From assembly GCA_963666215.2 (NCBI GenBank), contig CAXWPL010000004.1, positions 736,001 through 800,000 of the forward strand: 64,000 nucleotides of DNA, read 5' to 3'. Position numbers and translations under genes: made by a program. Origin of the DNA: Acidobacteriota bacterium (lineage in GTDB: Bacteria > Acidobacteriota > UBA890 > WLXD01). The notes beneath the pieces were generated by a model. That model was not told the DNA's origin and ran no database searches. It saw nothing but the letters and a program-made list of their open reading frames with translations. Below are positions 1-13,458 of the stretch, piece by piece (positions within the stretch are counted from its first letter, which is position 1; each line of letters starts with the position of its first letter).

Positions 1-87
1 TCGGCCAGCGCGAGACCGAGCAGCCAGGCTGCGGTCGTCGATGACGGCCGCTCCTGGGGCGGCGGCGGGACTGGAGTGGCGTAACGG

Positions 88-3000
88 CTACGTGAGCGCC
101 TCCACCGCCTCCCACGCCGCTTCCAGCAGCACCTCCGCCGAGTGCTTGGTGGTCTGCACCAGCAACCGGTCGGGGGGGAGCAGCTGCCAGGCTTCACGCT
201 GCCGAACGAGCTCGACCAGGCGATCGAGGTCGAGCTTGCTGTCGTTGCCGAACCGCAGTGCCAGCCCGCTCTTGTGCCGATCGAGATTGCGGATTCCCAG
301 GTCCTCCGCCGCGAGCCGCAGCGCCGCGTAGCGGAACAACGTCTCGACGACCGAGGGTAGCGGCCCGTAGCGGTCGCGAACCTCCTTCTGCAACGCCTCG
401 AGCTGGGCTGTGGTTCGCGCCGAGGTGAGTCGTTTGCTGACCGTGAGTCGCTGCAGAGGATCCTCGATATACGCCTCGGGTAGCCTGAGATCGATACCGA
501 GATTGAGCTGTGCGCGAAGGTCGGCCGCCGCGGGCTGGCCGCGCAACTCGCCTACCGCCTCCTCCAGCAAACGCGCGTACAACTCGAAGCCAACCGCGGC
601 GATGTGGCCGTGCTGGCGCTCGCCGAGCAACGAGCCGGCGCCACGGATCTCGAGATCCATTGCCGCGAGACGGAAACCCGAGCCCAGGTCGGAGAACTCC
701 TGGATCGCCCGCAGCCGCTTCTTGGCAACCTCCGAGAGGGTGTCGACCGGAGGCACGATCAAGTACGCATAGGCGCGACGATTCGATCGGCCAACGCGGC
801 CGCGGAGCTGGTAGAGCTGCGCTAGCCCGAAACGGTCGGCGCGGTTGACAACGATCGTATTGGCCAGCGGGATGTCGAGGCCGTTCTCGATGATCGACGT
901 GGTCACCAGCACGTCCGCCGCGCCGTCCACGAAGTCGAGCATGACGCGCTCCAGCTCGGCCTGCAGGAGCTGCCCGTGGGCCACACGGTAGCTGGCCTCG
1001 GGGACGATCTTCTCGAGGTTGCGGGCCACCGAATAGATGCTCTGCACCCGGTTGTGGACGAAGAACACCTGCCCCCCGCGTGCCAACTCGGCGCGGATCG
1101 CGTCGGCGATGGTCTCGGCGTCGTACGGCACGATGTGGGTGGCGATGGCATATCGATCCCTCGGAGGCGTTTCGATCACGCTCAGGTCGCGTACGCCGAG
1201 CAGCGACATCTGCAGTGTTCTGGGAATCGGCGTGGCAGTCATCGAGAGCACGTCGACCTCGCGCTTGAAGCGCTTCAGCTTCTCCTTTTGCCCCACGCCA
1301 AAGCGCTGCTCCTCGTCGACAATCAGGAGGCCGAGGTCAGGGAACTCGATGTCCTTCGACAGCAGTCGGTGGGTTCCGATCAGGACGTCGACCTTGGCAT
1401 CGCGTACGTCACGAGTGATCTCGCGTTGCTCGGTTGACGAGCTGAATCGAGAGATCAGCCGCACCGCTACGGGAAAGGCCGCGAAGCGGTCCTTGAAGGT
1501 CCGCCAGTGTTGGTGAGCGAGTACCGTGGTGGGCGCCAACACGGCCACCTGCTTGCCGTCCATCACCGCCTTGAAGGAGGCGCGCATGGCGACCTCGGTC
1601 TTGCCATAGCCAACGTCGCCACACAGCAACCGATCCATCACCTCCGGCTTCTCCATGTCGCGCTTGATTTCGTCGATGGCCGAGAGTTGATCCGGTGTCT
1701 CGTCGAACTCGAAGCTCTGTTCGAGCTCGAGCTGCCACGGAGTGTCGCCGCCGAACGGATGTCCGTAGCTCGCCTTGCGGGCGGCATAGAGCTCGAGAAG
1801 GTCGGCCGCCATTTCTCGTAGCTCGCGTTTTACGCGGCCCTTAGCCTTGTGCCAGCCGGTACCCCCGAGCTTGTCGAGCCTCGGCGCAACGCTGTCACCG
1901 GCGCGAAACTTCTGCACCAGATAGAGCTGATCGAGCGGCACGAACAGGCGCCCGCCGCCGAGGTATTCGACCTCCATGCACTCGGCCGCGGCGAGCCCGC
2001 CGTCGCCGCCAACGTCGATCGAGCGCACGCTCACGAAGCGGCCGACGCCGTGATCCTCGTGGATGATCGTGTCGCCCGGCTGCAGATCCCGAAAGTCGCC
2101 CTCGAACGCGCGGCCGGCCGACCGGCGGCGCCGAATCGGTGGGCGGACTCGTCCGAACAGCTCGGTGTCGGTCGACACCCAGAGCCCGACATCGGGAACT
2201 CGGAATCCGGCGGACAGCGCACCGCTCGACACCCAGCAGGTGGTCTCCTGCGGCGTCCCCTCTGACAGCCGGAAGCTGGGGTCGATATCGAACGAGGCCA
2301 CCGCTGCCTCGCTATCGACGTCCGGATGCGCGGGAATTTCGCCCGCATTGGCCCGAATGCCCGCGTCGGACGAGCCGCCGAGAGTTCTCGCTGTGTCACT
2401 CTCGTTGCAGTGGTTGTCGTCGAGACGTAACGCAACGCGGACACCGTAGCCCTCCAGAATCTCGGCCGTGCGCTGCGCCTTGCCGGCCGTGCTCAAGAGC
2501 ATCAACACTCGGCGGCCGTCGTCGAGCTGGCGCCGCACCGCCTTGCTCAGATCGGCCAGCCGCCCTCGATAACCGGGCGCCGCCTGGGCATCGAGTCGCA
2601 CGACCTTGAAGCCGTCGCCCGTGTCGCGCCCTGTACCGGCGAGCGTCGCGATTTCAAGACGCCCTTGCTCGGGACGCGGTGCCTCGACCGTCCCGGCGGC
2701 CTCGATCGTCGAAGCTTCCTCGGCCTGCGTGGCGCGCGCCAGAGCGCCGTCGAGGGCATGCATCAGCGTCCCCGGGACCCGCGGATTGGTGCCGGCGGCG
2801 ATCGCCTGATGATAGTGCTCCTCCAGGTAATCGACCCACGCCTGGGCATCGCTCTGAAGGATCGGCGGATCGTACTCGACCCAGAGCGGTGACTGTACGT
2901 AGTCGGCCAGCTTGGAGCTGAGGGTCGCCGATTCCGTATCTGCGCCGTTGAGCTCCGCGGCGGTATCGGCGCTTCCAAGAGCCGTGGCCGGCGGCAGATC

Positions 3001-3675
3001 GAGCCGCTTGACGTCGCGCATCGAACGCTGATCGCGGGGATTGAATTCGCGCAAGGATTCCACGTCGTCGCCGAAGAACTCCATCCTTACCGGGTGATCA
3101 CGCGTCGGCGAGAACGCATCGACGATGCCGCCTCGTACGGCGAACTCGCCGGCCGATTCCACCATCGACACACGACGGTAACCGGCCTCGACGAGCCGTC
3201 GCGCGACTTCTGCCGGGGCGATCTGATCGCCAGCACGAACCGCAGTGGAACCGGCTCGAAACCCGATCGGTGACTGCAGACGCTCCATCCAGGCCCGCGC
3301 CGGCGCAAGCACCACCGCCACCCGGCCGCTGAGACAATCCTCGAGCGTCTGCAGGCGCTCGCGCAGAATGTCGTCGTGCGGTGGCACGCTGCCGTAAGGG
3401 TTGACGCCGCGGCCCGGGAACACGGCAATGCGACCCGCTCCGGCGGCAGCCTCATGAAAAGCGCTGATATCGGAGCGCAACACCTCGATATCCACCGCCG
3501 AAGGAACGACAACCGCAAGGGGCCGCCCGACAGTGCGCCAGACCGCATGCAACACCGCCGCGGCGTGGCTACCCGACAGGCCCTCCGCGCGCACTTTCGC
3601 CCCAGCGCGGACAGCGTCGCAGAGGGCACGCTGTGACGCGCGCGTGTCTAAGACAGCGGCGATGTCGCGGAGCAT
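88..3675 (-). CDS. mfd: Transcription-repair coupling factor
   Basis: 1195 aa; UvrB-like N-terminus, RID (HEDHGVGRF), SF2 motifs CGDVGYGKTE, DEEQRFG, TATPIPRT, QLRGRVGRS, C-terminal TRCF domain. Confidence 0.97.
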   Translation of the reverse strand: MLRDIAAVLDTRASQRALCDAVRAGAKVRAEGLSGSHAAAVLHAVWRTVGRPLAVVVPSAVDIEVLRSDISAFHEAAAGAGRIAVFPGRGVNPYGSVPPHDDILRERLQTLEDCLSGRVAVVLAPARAWMERLQSPIGFRAGSTAVRAGDQIAPAEVARRLVEAGYRRVSMVESAGEFAVRGGIVDAFSPTRDHPVRMEFFGDDVESLREFNPRDQRSMRDVKRLDLPPATALGSADTAAELNGADTESATLSSKLADYVQSPLWVEYDPPILQSDAQAWVDYLEEHYHQAIAAGTNPRVPGTLMHALDGALARATQAEEASTIEAAGTVEAPRPEQGRLEIATLAGTGRDTGDGFKVVRLDAQAAPGYRGRLADLSKAVRRQLDDGRRVLMLLSTAGKAQRTAEILEGYGVRVALRLDDNHCNESDTARTLGGSSDAGIRANAGEIPAHPDVDSEAAVASFDIDPSFRLSEGTPQETTCWVSSGALSAGFRVPDVGLWVSTDTELFGRVRPPIRRRRSAGRAFEGDFRDLQPGDTIIHEDHGVGRFVSVRSIDVGGDGGLAAAECMEVEYLGGGRLFVPLDQLYLVQKFRAGDSVAPRLDKLGGTGWHKAKGRVKRELREMAADLLELYAARKASYGHPFGGDTPWQLELEQSFEFDETPDQLSAIDEIKRDMEKPEVMDRLLCGDVGYGKTEVAMRASFKAVMDGKQVAVLAPTTVLAHQHWRTFKDRFAAFPVAVRLISRFSSSTEQREITRDVRDAKVDVLIGTHRLLSKDIEFPDLGLLIVDEEQRFGVGQKEKLKRFKREVDVLSMTATPIPRTLQMSLLGVRDLSVIETPPRDRYAIATHIVPYDAETIADAIRAELARGGQVFFVHNRVQSIYSVARNLEKIVPEASYRVAHGQLLQAELERVMLDFVDGAADVLVTTSIIENGLDIPLANTIVVNRADRFGLAQLYQLRGRVGRSNRRAYAYLIVPPVDTLSEVAKKRLRAIQEFSDLGSGFRLAAMDLEIRGAGSLLGERQHGHIAAVGFELYARLLEEAVGELRGQPAAADLRAQLNLGIDLRLPEAYIEDPLQRLTVSKRLTSARTTAQLEALQKEVRDRYGPLPSVVETLFRYAALRLAAEDLGIRNLDRHKSGLALRFGNDSKLDLDRLVELVRQREAWQLLPPDRLLVQTTKHSAEVLLEAAWEAVEALT

Positions 3676-3786
3676 GGATCGGCCATGCTATCGAGCGTGT
3701 GACATGCGCGCTATCACCCCGAGGCTCTTCGCCAAGCCGAGTCGGCGTACCCCGGCGGGAGCGAGCGGCGCCGCTCTGCTCGGCGG

Positions 3787-5547
3787 CTACTCCAGGTCGG
3801 GAGTCGTGGGTGTTGCCATCGCGGCGCCCGGCTCGGCAGCCGACTCGGCGGCCGGCTTCGCCTTGATGCCGCCAACCGCCTTCCACGCCACCGCACCCTC
3901 GAACTCCCAGGTGTGCGGCAGGCGCGCAACGCCAACATCGCCGTAGCGCGAGTTGACTCGAAAGCTGTACAGCCCGCGGTGGTAGTCGTACGGCGTGCCA
4001 TCGGCGCCGTGGGTCGCGACGTCGAGATAGTAGGTGCCTTGAACCAGGCTGAGCGACGGGATGACAAAGCGAATCGTAGCGTCGCCATCGAGGGCCCCGG
4101 CCTTGAAATCCTCGATATCCGTGTTGGTGCCGTAGCAGGAAACGCCGTTGGCGTTGAACAGGCCGAGGCCAAAAACGAAGTCCCCCGTCGGCTCCGCGGC
4201 GCTGACCAGCATCTCGATCGTCATCTCGTCGCCGCTGTCGAAAACGTGGCGCGGTCGGCCATTGCCATCGAGCAGACGAACGCTCTCGATAGCCACGCTG
4301 CGATTCCCCCACCGGCCTGGCTCATAGGGGTTGTCGATGGACGCGTCTGCTGTGGTGTCGGTGGTGACAGCGGGGTCGGCGGTCTCCCTGGTCTCCCCGG
4401 TCTCGGTGCTCTCGGTGCTCTCGGTGCTCTCGGTGCTCTCGGTGCTCTCGGTGCTCTCGGTGCTCTCCGTGCTCTCGGTGCTCTCGGCGCTCTCCGTGAT
4501 CTCGCTGGTTTCGGTGGCTCCCGATGTCTCTCGCGCCTCCGACCCGCCCCGGTCGTCAGAAAGTCCGTCTTCTGCGGAGTCTGCGCCCGTGGGCTCGTCG
4601 GAAACTGCCGCGGTGTCGCCAGCATCGCCGGCCTCGGCCTTCGCCGCCCTGGCCACGTCGCCCGACCCACCGGTGGCGTCAGCGATCCGCCGACGTTCCT
4701 CCGTGGCCATCTCTCGATCTACATGCTCCCCTACCCAATCGAGGTAGGCGTCGACCACGCGCATCGGGTCGCCCACCATCTGGACCTTGCCGGCGTGAAT
4801 CCAGGCAACGCGGTCGCAGAGGACGCGGACGGTCTCCATCCCATGCGTAACCAGCAGGATGGTCTTGCCACGGCGCTTGAACTCGCCGATCTTGTCGAGG
4901 CACTTGTGGATGAAACCCTCGTCGCCAACGGCGAGCACCTCATCGATCACGAGGATGTCGGGCTCGACATGAATCGCCACCGAGAACGCGAGGCGCATGT
5001 ACATGCCCGACGAGTAGTTCTTCACCGGATGGTCGATGAACTCCTCGAGCTCGGCGAACTGCACGATGCGCTCGTAAAGTTCCTCGATTTCGGCGCGGCT
5101 CAGCCCCAGCATGACGCCGTTGATGAAGACGTTCTCGCGCCCGGAGATCTCGGGGTGGAAGCCGGCGCCAAGCTCGATGAGCGCCGAGATCTTGCCGTCG
5201 ATCTCCACCCGCCCCTCGGTGGGCTTGGTGGTGCCAGCGATCAGCTTCATCATGGTGCTCTTGCCGGCGCCGTTGGCGCCGATGATGCCGAACGTCTCGC
5301 CGTGAGCGACGTCGATGGTGGCGCCCTCGAGCGCCGTGAACACCTCGTCGGGCCGCAGGATCTTGAACAGGTTGCCGCCGACGAAGGCGCTCTTGAGCGT
5401 CAGAAAACGATGCGACTGCGCGAAGCGCCGGTAGCGCTTGGTGACGTCGACAAGACGAATCGCCGGCTTGACAGGCTTGGCCTTAGCGGCGACAGCGGTC
5501 GACGCCGGTTGCGGAACGGCGCCGTCGGAAGAGGAGGCGCGCGGCAT
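3787..5547 (-). CDS. ABC polysaccharide exporter ATP-binding subunit (Wzt-like) with C-terminal carbohydrate-binding domain
   Basis: GANGAGKST, YSSGMYMRLAF, IDEVLAVGD; Wzt-C-like tail; start set at ATG 5547 overlapping the upstream permease stop (ORF-track N-terminal extension rejected). Confidence 0.9.
   Translation of the reverse strand: MPRASSSDGAVPQPASTAVAAKAKPVKPAIRLVDVTKRYRRFAQSHRFLTLKSAFVGGNLFKILRPDEVFTALEGATIDVAHGETFGIIGANGAGKSTMMKLIAGTTKPTEGRVEIDGKISALIELGAGFHPEISGRENVFINGVMLGLSRAEIEELYERIVQFAELEEFIDHPVKNYSSGMYMRLAFSVAIHVEPDILVIDEVLAVGDEGFIHKCLDKIGEFKRRGKTILLVTHGMETVRVLCDRVAWIHAGKVQMVGDPMRVVDAYLDWVGEHVDREMATEERRRIADATGGSGDVARAAKAEAGDAGDTAAVSDEPTGADSAEDGLSDDRGGSEARETSGATETSEITESAESTESTESTESTESTESTESTESTESTETGETRETADPAVTTDTTADASIDNPYEPGRWGNRSVAIESVRLLDGNGRPRHVFDSGDEMTIEMLVSAAEPTGDFVFGLGLFNANGVSCYGTNTDIEDFKAGALDGDATIRFVIPSLSLVQGTYYLDVATHGADGTPYDYHRGLYSFRVNSRYGDVGVARLPHTWEFEGAVAWKAVGGIKAKPAAESAAEPGAAMATPTTPDLE
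4402..4500. repeat. About 11 copies of a 9-bp tandem repeat (CTCGGTGCT), encoding (EST)n in the Wzt linker
   Basis: Directly visible tandem array; three units are degenerate. Confidence 0.95.
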
Positions 5548-6350
5548 CAAACCTCCTCGGCGAACGAGTCGCGCAGCCGGTCGAAGAACATGTAGCCGAG
5601 TATCAAGACCGCCAGCGACACCAGTCCTGTTACGCCGAGGCGCTTCCACTGAATCAGCTGTCCGGTGAAGATCGCCGCGTGGTAGCCCTCGATGATGTGC
5701 GTCATCGGGTTGAACTGCAGCACGTTCACCACTAGATCCCGCCCCTGGTCCTCGAGCACGCTGAAGCTGTAGATCACCGGCGACGCGAAGAACCACAGGG
5801 TCAGGACGTTGGCCAGCAGATCGCGAACGTCGCGGTAGTGAACCGTGAGCGCCGCCAGAAACAACGACAGGCCCAGCGTGAACACGAACTGGATCAGCAG
5901 TATCAGCGGCAACCAGAAAAAGTGCCACGACAGGCCTTCGGGCCGATACCAGAGCCAGAAGGCGAAGTAGATCGGCAAACCGAGCAGGAAGTTCACGCCG
6001 TTGTGCAGCACGCTGACGATCGGCAGGATCTCGGCCGGGAAAATGATCTTCTTGATCAGGTTGCCGTTGGCGACAATCGCGTTGTTCGCCTCGGCCAGCG
6101 CCGACGAGAACCAGGTCCACGGCAGCAGTCCGCAGAAGAGGTAGAGGGCGTACGGGTCGGTGTCGTCGCCGCGCTGGGGTGTGAAGATCGTCGTGAAAAC
6201 GAACGAATAGACGCCGAGCAGCATCAGCGGATGGATGAACGACCACAGAAAACCGAGGGCCGATCCGCGGTAGCGCGCCTTCAGTTCGCGCATGACGAGC
6301 GTCTGGATTAGCAGTCGGTGGTCGAGCACCCTGCGGAGCGCGTGCAGCAT
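5547..6350 (-). CDS. ABC-2 type permease (Wzm-like)
   Basis: RELKARYRGSALGFLWSFIHPL, YRDVRD, FFASPVIY, NPMTHIIEGY; six hydrophobic segments; start ATG 6350 is a best guess. Confidence 0.92.
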   Translation of the reverse strand: MLHALRRVLDHRLLIQTLVMRELKARYRGSALGFLWSFIHPLMLLGVYSFVFTTIFTPQRGDDTDPYALYLFCGLLPWTWFSSALAEANNAIVANGNLIKKIIFPAEILPIVSVLHNGVNFLLGLPIYFAFWLWYRPEGLSWHFFWLPLILLIQFVFTLGLSLFLAALTVHYRDVRDLLANVLTLWFFASPVIYSFSVLEDQGRDLVVNVLQFNPMTHIIEGYHAAIFTGQLIQWKRLGVTGLVSLAVLILGYMFFDRLRDSFAEEV

Positions 6351-6400
6351 CCGTCGTCTTGTTCCGATCGTGCTGCGTTGACCGCTCGCGATCCCGCGAC

Positions 6401-6421
6401 TGTGGAAAACGCTGTGGAAAA
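6401..6421. promoter_or_regulatory. Tandem DnaA-box-like pair (TGTGGAAAA x2)
   Basis: TGTGGAAAA at 6401-6409 and 6413-6421; reverse complement TTTTCCACA fits TTWTNCACA. Confidence 0.5.
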
Positions 6422-6583
6422 CAGGGCGCTGTCGGTGCAAGACAGGCCGGAACTTGAGGAAACAGGGCGGACATTACCGCAACTGGCTGTGAAGAACGCG
6501 CGGCCGCTCCGCCCATGAGGCGCGGCGCGGGGTGCGCCGCGACCCCGTCCAGTGACCTCGGCAGATTGGGTACGCTCCGCGCG

Positions 6584-7783
6584 CTACTGCACCGGAATCG
6601 GAACCGCGGCTCCAGCCTCGATTCGGAACATGCGGTGGAACTTGCGGACATCGCCGTTTGCGTCGAAGTCCGTGGCGCCGGTAGCGCCCTCGTATGGCGA
6701 CATGCTGTTGAGGTAGAAGCGGAGCTCTCGCGGGTTCACTCCGTTCTCCTGGATCGCGAGCGCCAGCGTCCGCACGGCGTCGTAGGCATGCGCCGCGTAG
6801 GCATCGGGGTCGGGGCCGTACTTCTGCCGGTAGGCCGCCACGAAGGAGCGCACGGCCGGCTCGTCACTCGTGGGGATGAACGACGGCTGGGGAAAGACCA
6901 GGCCCTCCACCGCAGCACCGCCGGCGGCCACCAGCTGGTCGGCCAGGATCGCGCCCGTGCCATATAGCGGCGTGGTGATCCCCGCATCGCGGATCGCCAT
7001 CGCGACGGCAGCGGTGTCGGCGATGTAGCCGGCGATGTAGATCGCCGGAGCGTTGATACTCGCGAGATCATCGATCTGGGCCGACAAGTCGCCAACCTCC
7101 GGGGGATAGCTCACCTGCCCCGCTTCGCGGCCGCCGATTGCTCGGAAACGCTCGATGAACGCGTTCTTGATGCCGATGCCGTACTCGTTCTGATTGGCAA
7201 TGATGGCGGCCTCGCGCAGCCCCTGCTTGTTGTAGATGAAGTCGGCTGTATTGATCGCCTCGAGCTCGTCGCTCGGGAAGTTGCGATAGATGTAATCGCC
7301 GGCCGAAGAAAGCTTGGGGCTCGAGGTGGCGGGCGACATGAGGATGATCTCCGCCTCCTCGAACAACGGCGCGATGGCCAGCGTCAGTTCGCTAATATCG
7401 GCGCCGATCACTGCGGGCACGCCGGCGGCGATAAGCTCCCGAGCCGCTTCGGTGGCGCGCGTCGTGCTGCTGGCGGCGTCGCGGATATCAATGACCAGGG
7501 GCAACATCGTGGCGTTGTTGACGTTGATCCCGCCGGCCGCGTTGATCTCCTCTACCGCGAGCTCGATGCCGTTCTGGACCGAGCGCCCGTACGGCGATCC
7601 GACGCCCTGCAACGAGACGATCGCGCCGAGCCGGACCTCGGTGCTTTCCGCACAGCCGGCCCCCGCCAGGGTGAGTGCGACGACCAGCGACCCGAAGACG
7701 GCGATCCGTCGGCTGCACCTGGTTGCTGTTGCCAAGCAGCAGCTGCCCGCTCCGAGCGTTCTCTTGAGCCTGTCGCCGTTCAT
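6584..7783 (-). CDS. ABC transporter substrate-binding lipoprotein (LivJ/LivK-like)
   Basis: LAGAGC lipobox-like signal, GIELAVEEINAAGGI, YIYRNFPSD, AAHAYDAV; start uncertain. Confidence 0.85.
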   Translation of the reverse strand: MNGDRLKRTLGAGSCCLATATRCSRRIAVFGSLVVALTLAGAGCAESTEVRLGAIVSLQGVGSPYGRSVQNGIELAVEEINAAGGINVNNATMLPLVIDIRDAASSTTRATEAARELIAAGVPAVIGADISELTLAIAPLFEEAEIILMSPATSSPKLSSAGDYIYRNFPSDELEAINTADFIYNKQGLREAAIIANQNEYGIGIKNAFIERFRAIGGREAGQVSYPPEVGDLSAQIDDLASINAPAIYIAGYIADTAAVAMAIRDAGITTPLYGTGAILADQLVAAGGAAVEGLVFPQPSFIPTSDEPAVRSFVAAYRQKYGPDPDAYAAHAYDAVRTLALAIQENGVNPRELRFYLNSMSPYEGATGATDFDANGDVRKFHRMFRIEAGAAVPIPVQ

Positions 7784-8024
7784 ATTCGCCGTCTCCGTTC
7801 GTTCGATCGTCTTCGCCACGGAACGAGCTGCAACAATGAAAGACGCGGGTAGTTGCAACTGCGAAGGCTGCCAGGGCGAGTTGAGCGCGCTTGTTGGCGC
7901 CGCCCGGCCGCTAGCGATGGGCGGGCGGGCGAAGTGGGGGGCGCTAGTTTGTGGGGATCCTAGGGCGTGAGTCAATGGGCGGCGGCGGCCGGACACGCGC
8001 TCGACGCGTCGACGAGGCGACGAG

Positions 8025-8501
8025 TCAGTCCTGACGTGCCTCTCCAGGGATAGCCGTCTCGGTCGTTTGGATCGTGGCTCGCGGCGCTTTCACGCCTCGG
8101 GCCTTGGCTACGCGCAGGCGCGCCATCGAGCGCTCGAGTGCCTGCGTGGCGCGTCCAATGTCGCTCTCGTCGTCGGGCTCGGCGATGATCTGCTCGGCCC
8201 GGCGGACGGCGGCCTCGGCGCGCGCCACGTCGATCTGCTCCGCAATCTCGGCGGTTTGGGCCAGGATCGTGACGTGGTCTTGAGCCACTTCGGCGAAGCC
8301 GCGCGCTACAGCGAGGCTGTGACTCGCACCGTTGGTGTCCTTGTACCGGAGCTCGCCCACGCCGAGCGCGGTGACGTAGCGGGCATGCCCTGGTAACACG
8401 CCGAACTCGCCTCGGAACCCGGGTGCCAGCAGCTCCGCAACGTCCTCGTTGAGGAGCTCGCCCTCCGGCGTCACAACTTGCAGCCTGAAGGTATTGGCCA
8501 T
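8025..8501 (-). CDS. atpC: ATP synthase epsilon subunit
   Basis: LQVVTPEG, GEFGVLPGH, GFAEV; follows atpD. Confidence 0.95.
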   Translation of the reverse strand: MANTFRLQVVTPEGELLNEDVAELLAPGFRGEFGVLPGHARYVTALGVGELRYKDTNGASHSLAVARGFAEVAQDHVTILAQTAEIAEQIDVARAEAAVRRAEQIIAEPDDESDIGRATQALERSMARLRVAKARGVKAPRATIQTTETAIPGEARQD

Positions 8502-8586
8502 GTTGCTCTCGTCTTCGGTGAGTACGCGACGCGGCGTAGCTGCTCTCGCGCCGGAGTCGGGGGTGGGGTCGTCCAGATCGAGCCCG

Positions 8587-11089
<2,503 letters not shown>

Positions 11090-11198
11090 CTCACCATCTC
11101 TACATTCCGCTGGTTCCGAAAAGTCGGTAGCTTTCCGGCGTCCTGCACTCTGAGGCCACGACGGGCCGGCTCATGTCGACTGGGCTGTCTTCTGAGGA

Positions 11199-12752
11199 TC
11201 AGGAAGCTTCCATCGCGGCGGGCTCCGCCTCGGCCGCAGCGACTCCCGCGACGAACGATGCCTTGAACCCGGCCACGTTGTTCTTGATGCGCTCGGTGAG
11301 CTCGTCGTCGAGCTTCCCGGAAGCTTCGATAGCGTTCCATAGCTCGGCGTCGTTGACGTCGATGTAGTCGTACATGGCGAGCTCGTACGGACGAACCTGC
11401 TCGATGGCGAGATCGTCCAGGTAGCCGTTGTTGCCCGCCCAGATGATGACGATTTGTTTGGCGACGTGCAGCGGCTGGAATTGATCCTGCTTGAGGATCT
11501 CGGTGAGACGCGCGCCGCGGTTGAGCTGGCGCTGCGTGGCGACGTCGAGGTCGGAGCCGAACTGCGAGAAGGCGGCGAGCTCACGGTACTGCGCCAAGTC
11601 GAGGCGTAGCGAGCCGGCCACCTGCTTCATGCCCTTGATCTGCGCGGCGCCACCAACGCGCGACACCGACAACCCCGCGTTCACCGCCGGGCGGATGTTC
11701 TTATGGAACAGATCGGTCTCGAGGAAGATCTGGCCGTCGGTAATCGAGATGACGTTCGTCGGGATGTAGGCCGACACGTCGCCCGCCTTGGTCTCGATGA
11801 CGGGCAGCGCCGTAAGACTGCCGCCGCCGCGCTCGTCACTCATCTTGGAGGCGCGCTCGAGCAAGCGCGAGTGCAGGTAGAAAACGTCGCCCGGGAAGGC
11901 CTCGCGGCCGGGCGGACGACGCAGCAGTAGCGACATCTCGCGGTATGCATTGGCGTGCTTCGAAAGATCGTCGTAGATCACCAACGCATGCTCGCCGCGA
12001 TCGCGGAAGAACTCGCCCATGGCGCAGCCGGAGTAGGGAGCCATCCACTGCATGGGGGCGGGCGTCGACGCCGAGGCGTTGACGACGATCGTGTACTCCA
12101 TGGCGCCGCGATCGGCGAGGTTCTGCACCACCTGTGCCACGGTCGACTGCTTCTGGCCGATGGCCACGTAGATGCAGATCACGTCCTGGCCCTTCTGGTT
12201 CAGGATCGTGTCGACGGCGATGGCGGTTTTGCCGGTTTGCCTGTCACCGATGATGAGCTCGCGCTGACCACGGCCGATTGGAATCATCGAGTCGATCGAC
12301 TTGATGCCGGTTTGCAGCGGCTCGCCAACGCCCTTCCGGTCGATGATGCCGGGGGCGATGCGCTCCAGGGCGCCGGTCTCGCTCGTCTCCACAGGCCCCT
12401 TGTCGTCGAGCGGCTCGCCGAGCGGATTAACGACGCGCCCGATGAGCGCTTCGCCAATCGGCACCTCAATGATGCGCCCGGTACGCTTGACCGTGTCGCC
12501 TTCCTTGATGTGGTGAGTTTCGCCCAGGATGACCGCGCCGACGTTGTCTTCTTCGAGGTTGAACGCGATGCCGTAGATGTTGTGGGGGAACTCGATGAGC
12601 TCCTGCGACATGCAGTGCTCGAGGCCGTAGATTCGGGCGATGCCGTCACCGACGGCGATCACGGTCCCGACCTCTTGGATATCGATCTCGGCTTCGTAGC
12701 CCGCGATCTGTCGCTGAATGATGCTCGAGATTTCTTCGGCTCTGATGTTCAT
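11199..12752 (-). CDS. atpA: ATP synthase alpha subunit
   Basis: [32 protein letters not shown]. Confidence 0.98.
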   Translation of the reverse strand: MNIRAEEISSIIQRQIAGYEAEIDIQEVGTVIAVGDGIARIYGLEHCMSQELIEFPHNIYGIAFNLEEDNVGAVILGETHHIKEGDTVKRTGRIIEVPIGEALIGRVVNPLGEPLDDKGPVETSETGALERIAPGIIDRKGVGEPLQTGIKSIDSMIPIGRGQRELIIGDRQTGKTAIAVDTILNQKGQDVICIYVAIGQKQSTVAQVVQNLADRGAMEYTIVVNASASTPAPMQWMAPYSGCAMGEFFRDRGEHALVIYDDLSKHANAYREMSLLLRRPPGREAFPGDVFYLHSRLLERASKMSDERGGGSLTALPVIETKAGDVSAYIPTNVISITDGQIFLETDLFHKNIRPAVNAGLSVSRVGGAAQIKGMKQVAGSLRLDLAQYRELAAFSQFGSDLDVATQRQLNRGARLTEILKQDQFQPLHVAKQIVIIWAGNNGYLDDLAIEQVRPYELAMYDYIDVNDAELWNAIEASGKLDDELTERIKNNVAGFKASFVAGVAAAEAEPAAMEAS

Positions 12753-12839
12753 GGCGCCCTTAATCGTCTCGCTCTGCTTTGCGGAATTTCGGTTGGCTTT
12801 CGTGTGGTTGCTGGCTGGCTGGCTGATCCACTGCGCGGT

Positions 12840-13394
12840 TCACGAAGTGCCGGTCATCCTCGCGCGGACCTTCGCCAGTTGGTGCCTCAGGCTACCGTCG
12901 TAGAGGACGTCGCCGATTCTGGTAACCAACCCCCCCAGCAGCTCGGGGTCGGTTCTTGTCGCCATGCGAACAGTGCTGCCGGTCGCCGTGGCGAGCCGGT
13001 CGCGCAACTGAGCCAGGACGTCGGAATCCAACGGCGTCGGCGTGGTGACCTCGGCACTGATGACGCCCCGATGTTGGTCAACCAGCTCCGAAAAGACCGT
13101 GGCGATTCCTTCGATCTGGTCGAGGCGCTCCTTGTCGGCGAGCACTTCAACAAACCGCTTGGTCAGCGCGCCGGCACCGGCATGATCCGCGAGATCGCCC
13201 AGCACGGCCTTCTTCTGCGCCGTCTCGATTGCCGGATTGACGATGAGCAGCCTGAGGCCATCGTGGTCGCGCACGGCGTTGGCGAGGCTGTTGATCTCGA
13301 CGACAAGCGCCTCGAGGTCGGCCGCGGTGCCCCGATCGAGTGCCGCATGGAGCAGCCCTTTCGCGTAGCGGCGGGCGACGGTTCGGTTGATCAT
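12840..13394 (-). CDS. atpH: ATP synthase delta subunit
   Basis: VARRYAKGL, DPELLGGLVTRIGDVLYDGS; operon position. Confidence 0.95.
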   Translation of the reverse strand: MINRTVARRYAKGLLHAALDRGTAADLEALVVEINSLANAVRDHDGLRLLIVNPAIETAQKKAVLGDLADHAGAGALTKRFVEVLADKERLDQIEGIATVFSELVDQHRGVISAEVTTPTPLDSDVLAQLRDRLATATGSTVRMATRTDPELLGGLVTRIGDVLYDGSLRHQLAKVRARMTGTS

Positions 13395-13458
13395 CTGGGC
13401 GTGTCCGTTCGCTTCTGCGTGGTCGGGAGCACGAAGCTTCCGAAGATTGTTCTGCAGC

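Noticed and set aside
5548-6651. 954-aa ORF suggesting a long N-terminal fusion on Wzt
   Set aside because: The extension is an alternate frame over the wzm gene; the real start is at 5547.
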